In this document: in pieces, positions 7,293-17,296 of the stretch
Numbering within the stretch: position 1 is the first letter of the stretch
Layout of the letters: each line of letters begins with the position of its first letter
NCBI GenBank assembly: GCA_032128375.1
Contig: JAQBGU010000230.1
Location: forward strand, 1-19,801
Direction of reading: 5' to 3'
DNA from: Deltaproteobacteria bacterium
Lineage (GTDB): Bacteria > Myxococcota_A > UBA9160 > SMWR01
DNA length: 19,801 bases
Notes under the pieces: model-generated
Databases searched by the model: none
What the model was told of the DNA's origin: nothing
Seen by the model: the letters and a program-made list of their open reading frames with translations, nothing else
Program-made: the position numbers and the translations under genes

Positions 7293-8053
7293 TGGCCACC
7301 CGGCGCGCTGGCGACGGCCGCCATCAAGTGACTCACCGCCCGCTCACGATTCCCCAACGCTACATAAATCTCGCCAATTCGATAGTTTGCCTCGGCCGCT
7401 GCGTTCGGGTCGGGGCGATTCTCGAGCACCTCCCGGAAGTGCGAAATCGCCTCCAAGCGCTGCCCCTGCTCCATGTCCAGAATGCCGAGACTCAGCAGCG
7501 ACGGCCAGTAGCTGGGACTGAAATCTCGCGCCAGTTCGAGTGTGCGACGCGCTTCCTCGGTCCTTCCCAGCTTGTACTCCGCCCAGCCACGGTTCGCGAG
7601 TGCACGCCAAGGTGCTGGGAACGTTGCGCTGTCCGCCAGGAAGTCGGATTCGGCGCGCGCTTCTTCGTAGCGCTCACTTCCCAGCAAAAGACCCGACAGG
7701 TTCAGCCGCGCTTCGTGGAAGTCGGGCGCGAGAGCGATCGTGTTGCGGTAGTGGAGCTCGGCTTGTTCATATTTGCCCTTCAGCAGGTATGCATCGCCAA
7801 TGGCGTACTGGATTCGCGCATTCTTCGGGTCGAGGGTCTCCGCGATCAGAAATTCGCGCAAGCCGAGTTCGACCCGGTCCGTACGCAGATAGTCGATGCC
7901 GAGGTTCATGTGCGACCGGGCTTCTGTCACTTCCTTCTTTGTCTGCTGATTCGAGCCGGTCGAAGCGCAGCCCACTGGCAGCATCATCAACAGAGCGAGT
8001 ATCAGCCGGTGCGAAAATACGCGGTTTGCGCTCCGGTTCGTGCAATTCGACAT
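7250..8053 (-). CDS. tgl: TPR lipoprotein, Tgl/PilF/PilW-type type IV pilus pilotin
   Basis: ATG 8053 with AAGGAGG; lipobox LPVG-C; several TPR repeats; ATFPAPWRALANRGW segment; position next to a RodZ-like gene. Confidence 0.78.
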   Translation of the reverse strand: MSNCTNRSANRVFSHRLILALLMMLPVGCASTGSNQQTKKEVTEARSHMNLGIDYLRTDRVELGLREFLIAETLDPKNARIQYAIGDAYLLKGKYEQAELHYRNTIALAPDFHEARLNLSGLLLGSERYEEARAESDFLADSATFPAPWRALANRGWAEYKLGRTEEARRTLELARDFSPSYWPSLLSLGILDMEQGQRLEAISHFREVLENRPDPNAAAEANYRIGEIYVALGNRERAVSHLMAAVASAPGGQWSTKSEEYLQLLR

Positions 8054-8088
8054 TTCAGATCCCTCCTTGAACGCTGCGATATTGCGAT

Positions 8089-8673
8089 TCAGGCGACTGC
8101 AGCGGCTATCAAACTCGGCCGTTGCCATGATTCGTTTGAGGATGTGACGGCTGTCACGACTTCTTCAGGCCCAGCAGACGCGTCGACGGTTGGCGACGAG
8201 GCGCAACGCTGAAAACGGAACTTGCTCAACACCGCTACCGCGTCCGATTCGGCTGGGTCCGTGCAGGGCTCCAGATCGGCCGATCCCGGCTGAGATTCCC
8301 GGACGAATTCGCGCCAGATCTGGTTCGCGAGCTCGTTTCGAACACCCGTTTCATTTACCGGGTGCGCACAAAGATCTTCATCGAACAGAAACCCCAAGCC
8401 CTCGGCCCAGAGCAGTGCCGCGTGTTCGGAAACTCCCGCGATGTCGCTGGATTCGCCACAAGCGCGAAACAAGACCACATCCGCAGTCCTACGACACTGG
8501 ACTGCTACCGTGATCTGGGAACCTCTGACGGCATCGGTGTGAATCGCGATCGCAGCCGAAGCCGGCCCCACTGGCAGCTCCGGAATCGAAACAACCGGAG
8601 AGTTCAGCGAGCAGCACAGCGATACAAGCTCCACCGCGTTCGGTTCGAACTCCGAGCTCGCATTGGACAGCAT
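8089..8673 (-). CDS. hypothetical protein upstream of the tgl-like gene
   Basis: Only plausible ORF in the gap. SLNSPVV..PELPVGPASAAI and ALLWAEGLGFLFD resemble, from memory, the ORF preceding tgl in myxobacteria. Start uncertain (8673, 8748 or 8793). Confidence 0.6.
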   Translation of the reverse strand: MLSNASSEFEPNAVELVSLCCSLNSPVVSIPELPVGPASAAIAIHTDAVRGSQITVAVQCRRTADVVLFRACGESSDIAGVSEHAALLWAEGLGFLFDEDLCAHPVNETGVRNELANQIWREFVRESQPGSADLEPCTDPAESDAVAVLSKFRFQRCASSPTVDASAGPEEVVTAVTSSNESWQRPSLIAAAVA

Positions 8674-8887
8674 GCTTTGCGTATCGGATCGGGAGGCAGG
8701 ACCCTTGAGACTCCTGCGGCCGCAGCGGCGCGCGCAATCCCGCGGCATCACTGAATCTTCTGGCTGTGCCGGGTCGGAGGTCGGAGCCGACACTCCACCC
8801 CCGGCCCTTTCGCGGTCGGAGACGCCGGATACAATGGCGGCTGATTTTCTTCACCCGAGCACCAGCAAGACCCCCGCGGAGAGGCGA

Positions 8888-10724
8888 ATGCCGGAAAAGG
8901 CAGTTCAACAAATCGACAGCGTTGCCATTCGATTCACCGGCGATTCCGGCGACGGAATGCAGCTGACCGGAACCAAGTTCACCGAGTCGACCGCGCTCGC
9001 GGGCAACGAACTTGCAACCCTACCAGATTATCCGGCGGAAATCCGAGCTCCTGCCGGTACGCTTGCTGGCGTATCGGGTTTCCAGATCCATTTCTCGTCA
9101 AAGCACATTCGGACGCCTGCCGACCACCCGGACGTACTCGTTTCATTCAACCCGGCGGCGCTTCGCGCCAATATCGAAGACCTACGCCCGGGTGCGATGG
9201 TCATCGTCAACAGCGACAGCTTCACAGACGCCAACTTGAAACGTGCGGGCTACACGGAGGATCCTCTTCCGACTCTCCGCCAGCGGTTCACGATGGTGGA
9301 AATTCCGCTGACGAAGTTGAACCGTGAAGCACTGAAGGACCTCGATATCAGCGCTCGCGATGCCGACCGATGCAAGAACTTCTTCGCTCTCGGCTTGATG
9401 TTCTGGCTGTACAACCGCCCCATGGAATCGACCTTCCGCTGGCTCGAGCAGAAGTTCGCCGGTGACGTGCTCGAGGGAAATAAGCGCGTGCTACAAGCCG
9501 GTCACGCATTCGGTGAGACGACCGAGCTGTTCCCGGTTCAGTATCTGGTTCCCAAAGCCAAGATCCAGCCCGGCATCTACCGCAACATCACAGGCAATAC
9601 CGCGCTCGCGTGGGGCATCATCGCTGCGAGTGTCCAGATGAAGCGGCCGGTGTTCCTCGGCGCCTACCCGATCACCCCTGCGAGCGATGTGTTGCACGAA
9701 GTTGCGCGGCATCGCAACTTCGGCGTGAAGACATTTCAAGCGGAAGACGAGATCGCCGCCATCTGCTCCGCGATCGGCGCGTCGTTCGCCGGCATGTTGG
9801 GTGTCACCACGACCAGTGGCCCAGGTTTCGTGTTGAAGCAGGAGGCACTGGGACTGGCCGTGATGGCCGAACTGCCGCTGGTCGTCGTCGACGTCCAACG
9901 CGCGGGGCCATCGACCGGCATGCCGACCAAGATCGAGCAGGCCGACCTCATGCTCGCCCACTACGGGCGCAACTCCGACAGTCCGCTGCCGATCATCGCG
10001 CCCATGTCACCTGGTGACTGTTTTCACACGGTACTGGAAGCCTTCCGCTGGGCGGCAAAATACATGACCCCGGTTGTGATCCTCTCGGATGGTTACCTCG
10101 CAAACAGCGCCGAGCCCCTGGTTGATTCCGGACGTTGACTCACTGCCACGCCAGCCAGTGGAATTCCACACCGAAGCCGACGATTTTCATCCCTATGCGC
10201 GTGACCCCGATACGCTGGCTCGGCCGTGGGCGATACCCGGCACAGCCGGACTCGAACACCGCATCGGCGGATTGACCAAGGAGAACATCAGCGGGAACGT
10301 ATCCTACGACCCCGGCAACAATGAAGAGATGATCAAATTGCGTGCCGACAAGGTCGCGCGTATCGCCGCGGAGATTCCGCCGCTCGAAGTGGACGGCCCT
10401 GCCAAGGGCGATCTGCTGGTCGTTGGCTGGGGCGGCACCTACGGCGCGATCACTTCGGCGGTCGAGGACGCGAGGCGCGAGGGCATCGCGGTGTCCTCCA
10501 TCCACCTTCGGCACCTCAATCCGTTCCCCGGAAACCTCGAAGAAATTCTGCGCAACTTCGACAAGATTCTCGTACCCGAGCTGAACAGCGGCCAACTGGT
10601 GAACCTGCTGCGCGCAGCGTTTCTCGTCCCGGCTGTGGGAATGAGCAAGCTCCGCGGACAACCGTTTCACGTTGACGAACTGCTTCTTCGGATCCACGAG
10701 ATGGCAGGCAAGGAGAATCAGTGA
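8888..10724 (+). CDS. korA: 2-oxoacid:ferredoxin oxidoreductase subunit alpha (gamma-alpha fusion), apparent +1 frameshift at 10115-10118
   Basis: IRFTGDSGDGMQLTG, AYPITPASD, QAEDEIAA, QRAGPSTGMPTK; continues in another frame (EHRIGGL, WGGTYG, VPELNSGQL). Removing one C of CCCC restores NSAEPWLIPD and gives about 611 aa. RBS GGAGAGG. Confidence 0.92.
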
Positions 10725-11755
10725 TGGCGAAAGCAGCGTTGAAACTGACCCGCAAAGATTTCGAGACCGAGCTGGACGTTCGCTGGTGTCCCGGCTGCGG
10801 CGACTACGCGGTCTTGGCGAATGTCCAGCGCGTCATGCCCGAATTGGGTGTGCCGAAGGAGAACTTCGTATTCGTTTCGGGGATCGGCTGCTCGAGTCGA
10901 TTTCCGTACTACATGAATACGTACGGTTTCCACACCATCCATGGCCGTGCCCCGGCGTTCGCGACGGGGATCAAGGCCAGTCGCCCGGAGCTTTCGGTCT
11001 GGGTTGTTACGGGTGACGGTGACGGGTTGTCAATTGGCGGCAACCATCTGTTGCACACGATCCGCCGCAACGTCGACCTCCAGATTCTGTTGTTCAACAA
11101 CCGCGTGTATGGGCTCACGAAGGGGCAGTACTCGCCAACCTCTCCAATCGGGATGCGCACCAAGTCCACACCGGATGGATCGATCGACCACCCGGTCGAC
11201 CCACTCTCGTTCGCGCTCGGGGCCGGAGCGACGTTCGTGGCGCGATCGATCGATGTCGACGCGCCGCACCTGAAGGACATCCTGCGCCGCGCGTTCGAGC
11301 ACCGCGGAACCGCGTTCGTCGAAATCCTGCAGAACTGCCCGGTCTACAACGACAACGAATGGGTAGAAGTCGAGAACCGCAAAAGCCGGGTCGATGCCGC
11401 GCTGGTGCTCGAAGAAGGAAAGCCGCTGGTATTTGGCACCCCGGGTAACCGGCGGGGCATCAAGATCCATGACGGCATCCCGTCGGTAATAGCGCTGAGC
11501 GACGACGCCGATCCGATCGAGGCGGGTGTAGCCATCCACTACGAGCGCTACGAAACCGCCGGTTACGCATTCGCGTTAGCCAGCCTGTCGCGACCCAATT
11601 TCCCGCTACCGATCGGGGTATTCCGCGCAGTCGATCGACCGACTTACGACCAGATGTTGCACCAACAAGTCGAACGCGCCGTCGAAAAGAGGGGAGAGGG
11701 TACACTTCTCGGCCTGCTCCACTCCGGAGATACGTGGACTGTGGAACCGTCCTAG
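10724..11755 (+). CDS. korB: 2-oxoacid:ferredoxin oxidoreductase subunit beta
   Basis: WCPGCGD, SGIGCSSR, HTIHGRA, TPP motif GDGD...GGNH...NN, YGLTKGQYSPTS; TGATG coupling to korA (alternative GTG 10721). Confidence 0.95.
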   Translation: MAKAALKLTRKDFETELDVRWCPGCGDYAVLANVQRVMPELGVPKENFVFVSGIGCSSRFPYYMNTYGFHTIHGRAPAFATGIKASRPELSVWVVTGDGDGLSIGGNHLLHTIRRNVDLQILLFNNRVYGLTKGQYSPTSPIGMRTKSTPDGSIDHPVDPLSFALGAGATFVARSIDVDAPHLKDILRRAFEHRGTAFVEILQNCPVYNDNEWVEVENRKSRVDAALVLEEGKPLVFGTPGNRRGIKIHDGIPSVIALSDDADPIEAGVAIHYERYETAGYAFALASLSRPNFPLPIGVFRAVDRPTYDQMLHQQVERAVEKRGEGTLLGLLHSGDTWTVEPS

Positions 11756-11861
11756 CAGTCTGCGAGAGCGCCAGCTCTAGCGTGCAGGCGACGACGGTGA
11801 AGAATTCGAAGCATGCGCCCTGGAGGTAGGCCGAAGAGTTCGTCTGCATGCGGACGCGTCT

Positions 11862-14729
11862 CTAGTCTGCGGTCGAGACTCGCGCGAGCTTCACTGCACA
11901 GAACTTGAAGCCTGGAATTTTCCCGTCAGGGTCGAGTTCGGCCATCGTGAGCAAGTTCGCCCCGGCTTCGCGAAAATGGAACGGGATGAAGACCGCCCCG
12001 CGGATCTCAAGGGTCGCGATCCGGGCCCGCAGAGTGACGGATCCGCGGCGGCTTGTCACTTCCACCCAATCTCCATCATCGACGCCGAGCGCCGCCGCGT
12101 CCTCTGGGTGCACGCCGACAAAGGCATCCGGAGCGATCTCATCGAGCGCTCGTGTGCGCCGCGTCATCGACCCGGTGTGCCAGTGCTCGAGCATTCGACC
12201 GGTGTTCAGGATCAGCGGGAACTCGGCATCCGGTAGTTCGGGTGCCTCGGACCAGTGGACCGGAACGAATTTCGCTCGCCCGTTGGCGGTCGGGAAACCC
12301 TCTTCGAAAAGTACCACCGGTCCGTCATCGTTGAGCGGGTCGGGATTCGGCCACAATTTTCCGCTGGCTCCCAGGTTCGCATGGTTCAGCGTTGCATAGG
12401 ACGAGGTCAGCCCCGCGAACTCGTCGAATATCTGCTCGGGCGAGTCGTACTGCATCGGGTAGCCGAGCCGCGTCGAGACCTCACAAAGGATCTCCCAGTC
12501 GAGCCTGGCTTGGCCGGGCAGCTTCAGCGCAGGACGACCGATCTGCACTCTCCGATCCGTGTTGGTGTAGGTACCGAGTTTCTCGACGAATGCACTCGCC
12601 GGCAGAATGACGTCCGCGAACTCGGCAGTCTCTGTCAGGAAGATGTCCTGCACGACCAGAAAGTCGAGTTGAGCGAGTGCCGCGCGCACCTTGTTGGTAT
12701 CGGGATCGGACAGGAACGGATTCTCGCCCATGATATACATGCCACGGACATCACCCGTGAGTGCCGCATGCACGATCTCGACAACCGTCAGACCGCGCTT
12801 TCCCGACAGCTCTCGACCCCAGGCGCTCTCGAACTTCCTGCGGATCTCCGGGTCCTCGACCGATTGGTAGTCGGGGTACATCATCGGAATCAATCCCGCA
12901 TCACTCGCTCCCTGTACATTGTTCTGCCCACGCAATGGGTGCAATCCCGAACCACTTTTGCCGATATTGCCGGTCAACAGTGCGAGCGCAATCAGACATC
13001 GCGCGTTGTTGGTTCCGTAGGTGTGTTGAGAAATTCCCATCCCCCAGAAGATGATGGCCTGTTGCGCACTCGCGAAATCGATGGCGACCTCTCGAATTTT
13101 TTCGGCTTCGACTCCACAGATGGCTGCCACGCGTTCGGGCGGGTACTCGGCGACTAGCTCGCGAAGTGCGTCGTAGCCTTCCGTGTGCTGTTCGACGTAA
13201 TCGCGATCGACCAATCCCTCCTCGATGATTGTACACATCATCGCGTTGTAGAATGCCACGTCGGTACCCGGCCGAATCCGGCAATAGTGGTCCGCGTGAT
13301 CGGCGAGATCGCCTCGCCGGGGATCCACGAAGATCAACTTCGTCCCGCGCTTTCGCGCCTCTTTGAAGAACGTAGCCGCCACTGGGTGATTCGAGGTCGG
13401 GTTCGCCCCCGCGACCAGCACCGCATCTGCGTTGGCGACGTCAGCGTAAGTCGTCGTCACCGCGCCGCTTCCGATCCCCTCCAACAGCGCGGCGACACTC
13501 GACGCATGACACAAACGGGTGCAGTGATCGACGTTGTTGGTGCCAAACGCTACCCGAACCAGCTTCTGGAACAGGTACGCCTCCTCATTAGAACACTTTG
13601 CACTGCCGAAGCCCGCCAACGAATCGGACCCACTGCGGTCGCGAATCTCGCCAAATCGGCGTGCGATGAGATCGAGTGCCTCGTCCCAGCTGGCCTCGCG
13701 AAACGCCGGTAGCACTTCGGCGTAATCGACCAGACCGCCTGCCTTCTTGCGGCGGCGGCCGGGGCCCTTCCCTTGCACATGCTTCCCTTGCACATGCTTC
13801 CCTTGCACATCCTTCCCTTGCACATCCTTCCCTTGCACATCAAGAGATAGCGGTCCCTTCGGATAATTCTGCTGGCGGCGGATCAGCGGAACACCCAGGC
13901 GCTGGGGGTGCTGCGCGTAGTCCCAGCCATAGCGCCCCTTGACGCAGAGTCGCTTCTGGCTCGCCGGGCTCTCGCGACCTTCTGCGAAGACGATCTCGTT
14001 GGCCTGTTCGTCGACTTGATAGCTGAGTGCACAGCCGACACCGCAGTAGGGGCAAACGCTATCGACTTGCTTGAGCGCATCGCGCGGGCGCAGCGGCGCA
14101 CCCATCGGCTTGTCGACCAGCGCGCCTGTGGGACAAACCGCCGCGCACTCGCCACATGAGACACAGCTACTCTGCCCCATGGGCGCGTCGAGATCGAACG
14201 CGACCGTTGTGCCATAGCCCTTCCCAGAGCGACCGAGCACTTCGTTGCTCTGCAGATCATCACAGGCGCGTATGCACAGGTCACACAGGATGCAGGCCTG
14301 GTGGTTGACTGCGATCACCGATGAGCTGTCGTCACGTTCACGGCCGTTACTCGAATGGAACCGGTCCACAACCGCCGCGTAGCGATCCGCCAGCTCGAAA
14401 AGTGCGTTGTCAGCGGTCGTGGATTGCTTGGCATCCAGTTCGCGCGTCGGCTGGTCGGCCATCATCAGCTCGATCAGCAGCTTGCGGTCCGCCTCGACCT
14501 CATCGGTAGCCGTGCGCACGACCATTCCCGATTCGCAAGGACGCACACACGACGCGGTCAGAGTCCGAGCGCCGATATCGACGACGCAGATGCGACACAC
14601 TCCCGCAGGCTTCACGCGCGGGTCGTGGCACAGTGTCGGAATCTCGATCCCGGCCGTGCGCGCCGCCTGCCATAACGTGGTTCCCTCGGGTACCACCACT
14701 TCGATTCCGTCGATAGTCAACTCGATCAT
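11862..14729 (-). CDS. fdhF: formate dehydrogenase subunit alpha (Cys-type, Mo/W-bis-PGD, N-terminal Fe-S domains)
   Basis: 2Fe-2S (IPTLC...CRIC...SC), two 4Fe-4S (CILCDLC..AC; CVSCGEC..VCP), CPYCGVGC...LCVKG, active site NVDHCTRLCHASS and PLRGQNNVQG, C-terminal molydopterin-binding domain. Confidence 0.95.
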   Translation of the reverse strand: MIELTIDGIEVVVPEGTTLWQAARTAGIEIPTLCHDPRVKPAGVCRICVVDIGARTLTASCVRPCESGMVVRTATDEVEADRKLLIELMMADQPTRELDAKQSTTADNALFELADRYAAVVDRFHSSNGRERDDSSSVIAVNHQACILCDLCIRACDDLQSNEVLGRSGKGYGTTVAFDLDAPMGQSSCVSCGECAAVCPTGALVDKPMGAPLRPRDALKQVDSVCPYCGVGCALSYQVDEQANEIVFAEGRESPASQKRLCVKGRYGWDYAQHPQRLGVPLIRRQQNYPKGPLSLDVQGKDVQGKDVQGKHVQGKHVQGKGPGRRRKKAGGLVDYAEVLPAFREASWDEALDLIARRFGEIRDRSGSDSLAGFGSAKCSNEEAYLFQKLVRVAFGTNNVDHCTRLCHASSVAALLEGIGSGAVTTTYADVANADAVLVAGANPTSNHPVAATFFKEARKRGTKLIFVDPRRGDLADHADHYCRIRPGTDVAFYNAMMCTIIEEGLVDRDYVEQHTEGYDALRELVAEYPPERVAAICGVEAEKIREVAIDFASAQQAIIFWGMGISQHTYGTNNARCLIALALLTGNIGKSGSGLHPLRGQNNVQGASDAGLIPMMYPDYQSVEDPEIRRKFESAWGRELSGKRGLTVVEIVHAALTGDVRGMYIMGENPFLSDPDTNKVRAALAQLDFLVVQDIFLTETAEFADVILPASAFVEKLGTYTNTDRRVQIGRPALKLPGQARLDWEILCEVSTRLGYPMQYDSPEQIFDEFAGLTSSYATLNHANLGASGKLWPNPDPLNDDGPVVLFEEGFPTANGRAKFVPVHWSEAPELPDAEFPLILNTGRMLEHWHTGSMTRRTRALDEIAPDAFVGVHPEDAAALGVDDGDWVEVTSRRGSVTLRARIATLEIRGAVFIPFHFREAGANLLTMAELDPDGKIPGFKFCAVKLARVSTAD
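13767..13841. repeat. 15-bp in-frame tandem repeat x5 inside the FDH alpha gene
   Basis: CTTCCCTTGCACAT(G/C) x5, encoding DVQGK x3 and HVQGK x2. Confidence 0.95.
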
Positions 14730-16480
14730 TTCGCCGTCCCGACGCCGTATTCGGTCCCGTCTCGGAGATAGCCTTCCTCGGTCCAGCCTCGCGCGAGGTT
14801 GTAACTTCGAATCATCTCGGCGAGTCGCTCGCGCTGCAGACGGACGCCCCCCCTTTCACCACCGGTCGCTTCTTCGAAGAAGCGCGCGGGCAAAGTGTCG
14901 TCGCTGGGCTGCCAGCCCTCGCGGATGTTGTAGGCCTTGCGCGATTCGACGATTCGCCGGCCCAGATCGCGTAGTTCGTCCGCATCGATATCCCAGCCAG
15001 TGACGGCTGCTAGGAGCTCCGCCGCTTCCGCATGGAAGTCGCGAAAAACACCCCGAACAAACTTGCACAGGATCATCGAGTCGATCACCGCCGCCTGGTT
15101 TTCGGTCTCGACCGCGAGTTGTGCACTGCGCGCGTCACCCTTGCAGCGATCGACTCGGTCCGAGAAATCGAGTTCGTAGGCGCCACTTTTATTGTGGTCG
15201 GCGCCGCGGGTCCCGACTGCAAACCCGAGCGCCATGCTCTGGAGTGCGCGCGGCTCGTAGCCGGGGATTTCCAGTCCCTTGACCTGAGGCGCGAAGTCGA
15301 TCGAACCGCGTCCGATCTGCAGTGCGGCGCGGCGCGATCCTTGCGCCAACAGCTCGCCCAGGCCGCGCCGGTGCGCGATGTCCGACAGCAGCGAGAGTAG
15401 CCCTTCGGCATCGCCAAAACGCGGTGCCGATTCCAAATAGCCGCGCTCGGCGCACTCCATAGCGAACGCGATCGTTCCACCGGCGGAAACGGTATCGAGC
15501 CCGAGTTCGTCGCAGCGGTGGGCCGCAGCCAAGACCGCATCGGGGTCGCGTATGGCACACAGAGAGCCGAGAGCAAACATGCTCTCATACTCAATTCGGG
15601 TGCTGCGTCCGCCGGTGAACGAGTAGACATGTTCGCAACCAATATTGCAGCTCGCGCACGACTTCCGCCCGGTCTCCCGCTCGGGTGCCAGCTCCTCGGC
15701 CGTGAGTGCTTCGGCTGCCTCGAACGATCCTTCCATGAAATTGCGGGTCGGAAGCACGCCAAGGCGATTGAAGGCCGCGAGATTGGCGACGGTGCCGAGT
15801 TCACGGTACTTCGCGGTATCCGGACCGCGCGCTCGCTTCGCCAATTCGCGCGCGAGACTTACGACCCGCTCTGGATCGGCCAGTGCGGTCGTCCGGTCTC
15901 CGGCCACAACCAACGCCTTCAGCCGCTTTGCCCCCATCACCGCACCGAGGCCGCCGCGACCCGCGTGGCGACCATCGTTCGAGATCGTCGCGTACAGAAC
16001 CTGGTTCTCACCCGCGACACCGATCGCCGCGACCCGACCGGAGTCGCACAGCGCCTGGCTAGTCTGTTCGGCCGACGCCCCCCACATCGAGGTGGGACGA
16101 AGCTCGCCGTCGACCCACTCACTCGGCTCGCGACAACGCCCGACCAACACCATCGCGTCCACACCCATGCGTTTGCCAGCGATCGCGAAATGCGAGCCGG
16201 ACAGCGCGTCATTGATGAACCCCGTCAGTGGGGATTTGGCCACCACGGCGAACTTGGCCGAAGTCGTCAGCGGTGTACCGACCAGCGGCGAAAAGCTGAA
16301 TATCAGCGGCGCTTCCGGCGCCAGCGGATCGACACCGCGCGGCGCTTCGCGATGCAACAGCCACGCCCCCAAACCTACGCCACCGAGTGTCTTTCTGAGT
16401 ATCTCCTCGGGCAGCGGGACCAACTCGCCGCGTCCCCGGGTCAGATCGAAGCGCCAATACTGACCGTGGAAGCCGAACAT
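14726..16480 (-). CDS. aor: aldehyde:ferredoxin oxidoreductase family protein (tungsten AOR/WOR)
   Basis: LGGVGLG, KSPLTG, GRGGLGAVMGAKRLKA, 4Fe-4S CASCNIGC plus DSMILCKF, EYES, CDELGLDT; stop overlaps the FDH alpha start (ATGA). Confidence 0.93.
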   Translation of the reverse strand: MFGFHGQYWRFDLTRGRGELVPLPEEILRKTLGGVGLGAWLLHREAPRGVDPLAPEAPLIFSFSPLVGTPLTTSAKFAVVAKSPLTGFINDALSGSHFAIAGKRMGVDAMVLVGRCREPSEWVDGELRPTSMWGASAEQTSQALCDSGRVAAIGVAGENQVLYATISNDGRHAGRGGLGAVMGAKRLKALVVAGDRTTALADPERVVSLARELAKRARGPDTAKYRELGTVANLAAFNRLGVLPTRNFMEGSFEAAEALTAEELAPERETGRKSCASCNIGCEHVYSFTGGRSTRIEYESMFALGSLCAIRDPDAVLAAAHRCDELGLDTVSAGGTIAFAMECAERGYLESAPRFGDAEGLLSLLSDIAHRRGLGELLAQGSRRAALQIGRGSIDFAPQVKGLEIPGYEPRALQSMALGFAVGTRGADHNKSGAYELDFSDRVDRCKGDARSAQLAVETENQAAVIDSMILCKFVRGVFRDFHAEAAELLAAVTGWDIDADELRDLGRRIVESRKAYNIREGWQPSDDTLPARFFEEATGGERGGVRLQRERLAEMIRSYNLARGWTEEGYLRDGTEYGVGTAK

Positions 16481-17296
16481 TCAGCCGCCCACCGCGCCGT
16501 CGAGAACGATCACGCGTTCACCGGCTCCGATCGGGATCGCCGTCTTTCGGACGAAATCGACGCCTCCCAGCGATACCAGGTAGTGCTTCGCGACGGAATC
16601 GCCATCCAGAATTTCAACCTTCGGGAGCATATTTCCAAGCACCTCTCCGAGCGTTCCGACCGGAACCGTCATCTCGCGCAGCCCCATTTCCAGGCGCGCG
16701 CGCCCGAAAAACTCCAGCGTCGCCATTGGGTGTTCGGCCGTTCGGCGTACCGCGTCCAGATATTCGGCTGGCGTATTGAAGCCTTGTACCGATTCAATAT
16801 CCGGCAGCTGATGTGCAGCAAGCTTCGTGTAATCTAGCTCCTCGAGCAGCCCGAGTGGACGCAGTTTTTTTGCGCGCAGCATCTCTTCCACAACAGGGAG
16901 TGACGAACGCGGATAAACCGCCGCCAGCGTCTGGACGTGTCCGTCGACCTCGGCCGCCGCGGCACCGTTGTGGTCGAGCATCGCGCGCACAAAAGCGGCT
17001 GTCAGATACGGAGCGTCGGTGGCTGTCACAAACGCGAGTTCCGAGCGGGTGCATGCGAGTCCCTCCCGAATCCCAGAGAGCGGACCGAGCGACGGATCGC
17101 GGTCGCGCACGACCCTGGCTTGCAGCGGGGGAAGTGCGAGATCTCTGGACGACACGACGATGACTTCGTCGACCAGTGGCCTCAGCGTGGCAACGACATG
17201 CGACACCATGGGTACGCCGGCCCACGGCAACCACGCCTTGTCGCGACCCATCCGAGTCGATTTCCCGCCACACAGTACGATGGCCGCTGCCGACAT
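16481..17296 (-). CDS. mobA: molybdenum cofactor guanylyltransferase fused to a C-terminal MoaD/ThiS ubiquitin-like domain
   Basis: LCGGKSTRMGRDKA, GPLSGI, ATDAP, FNTPAEY (MobA), followed by about 80 aa ATLEFFGRAR...GERVIVLDGAVGG ending in Gly-Gly. Confidence 0.88.
   Translation of the reverse strand: MSAAAIVLCGGKSTRMGRDKAWLPWAGVPMVSHVVATLRPLVDEVIVVSSRDLALPPLQARVVRDRDPSLGPLSGIREGLACTRSELAFVTATDAPYLTAAFVRAMLDHNGAAAAEVDGHVQTLAAVYPRSSLPVVEEMLRAKKLRPLGLLEELDYTKLAAHQLPDIESVQGFNTPAEYLDAVRRTAEHPMATLEFFGRARLEMGLREMTVPVGTLGEVLGNMLPKVEILDGDSVAKHYLVSLGGVDFVRKTAIPIGAGERVIVLDGAVGG

Noticed and set aside
7118..8212. 364-aa plus-strand ORF
   Set aside because: Antisense to the TPR lipoprotein; no motifs.
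11766..11776. GAGCGCCAGCT matches the tRNA 3' end (209-219), a possible att site
   Set aside because: Only 11 bp, no integrase, and the enclosed genes are housekeeping.
13495..13535. Selenocysteine at the FDH active site
   Set aside because: The ORF is uninterrupted and encodes Cys (RLCHASS).
13767..13841. Repeats as a CRISPR array (also 4416-4469)
   Set aside because: Head-to-tail units without spacers; no cas genes.
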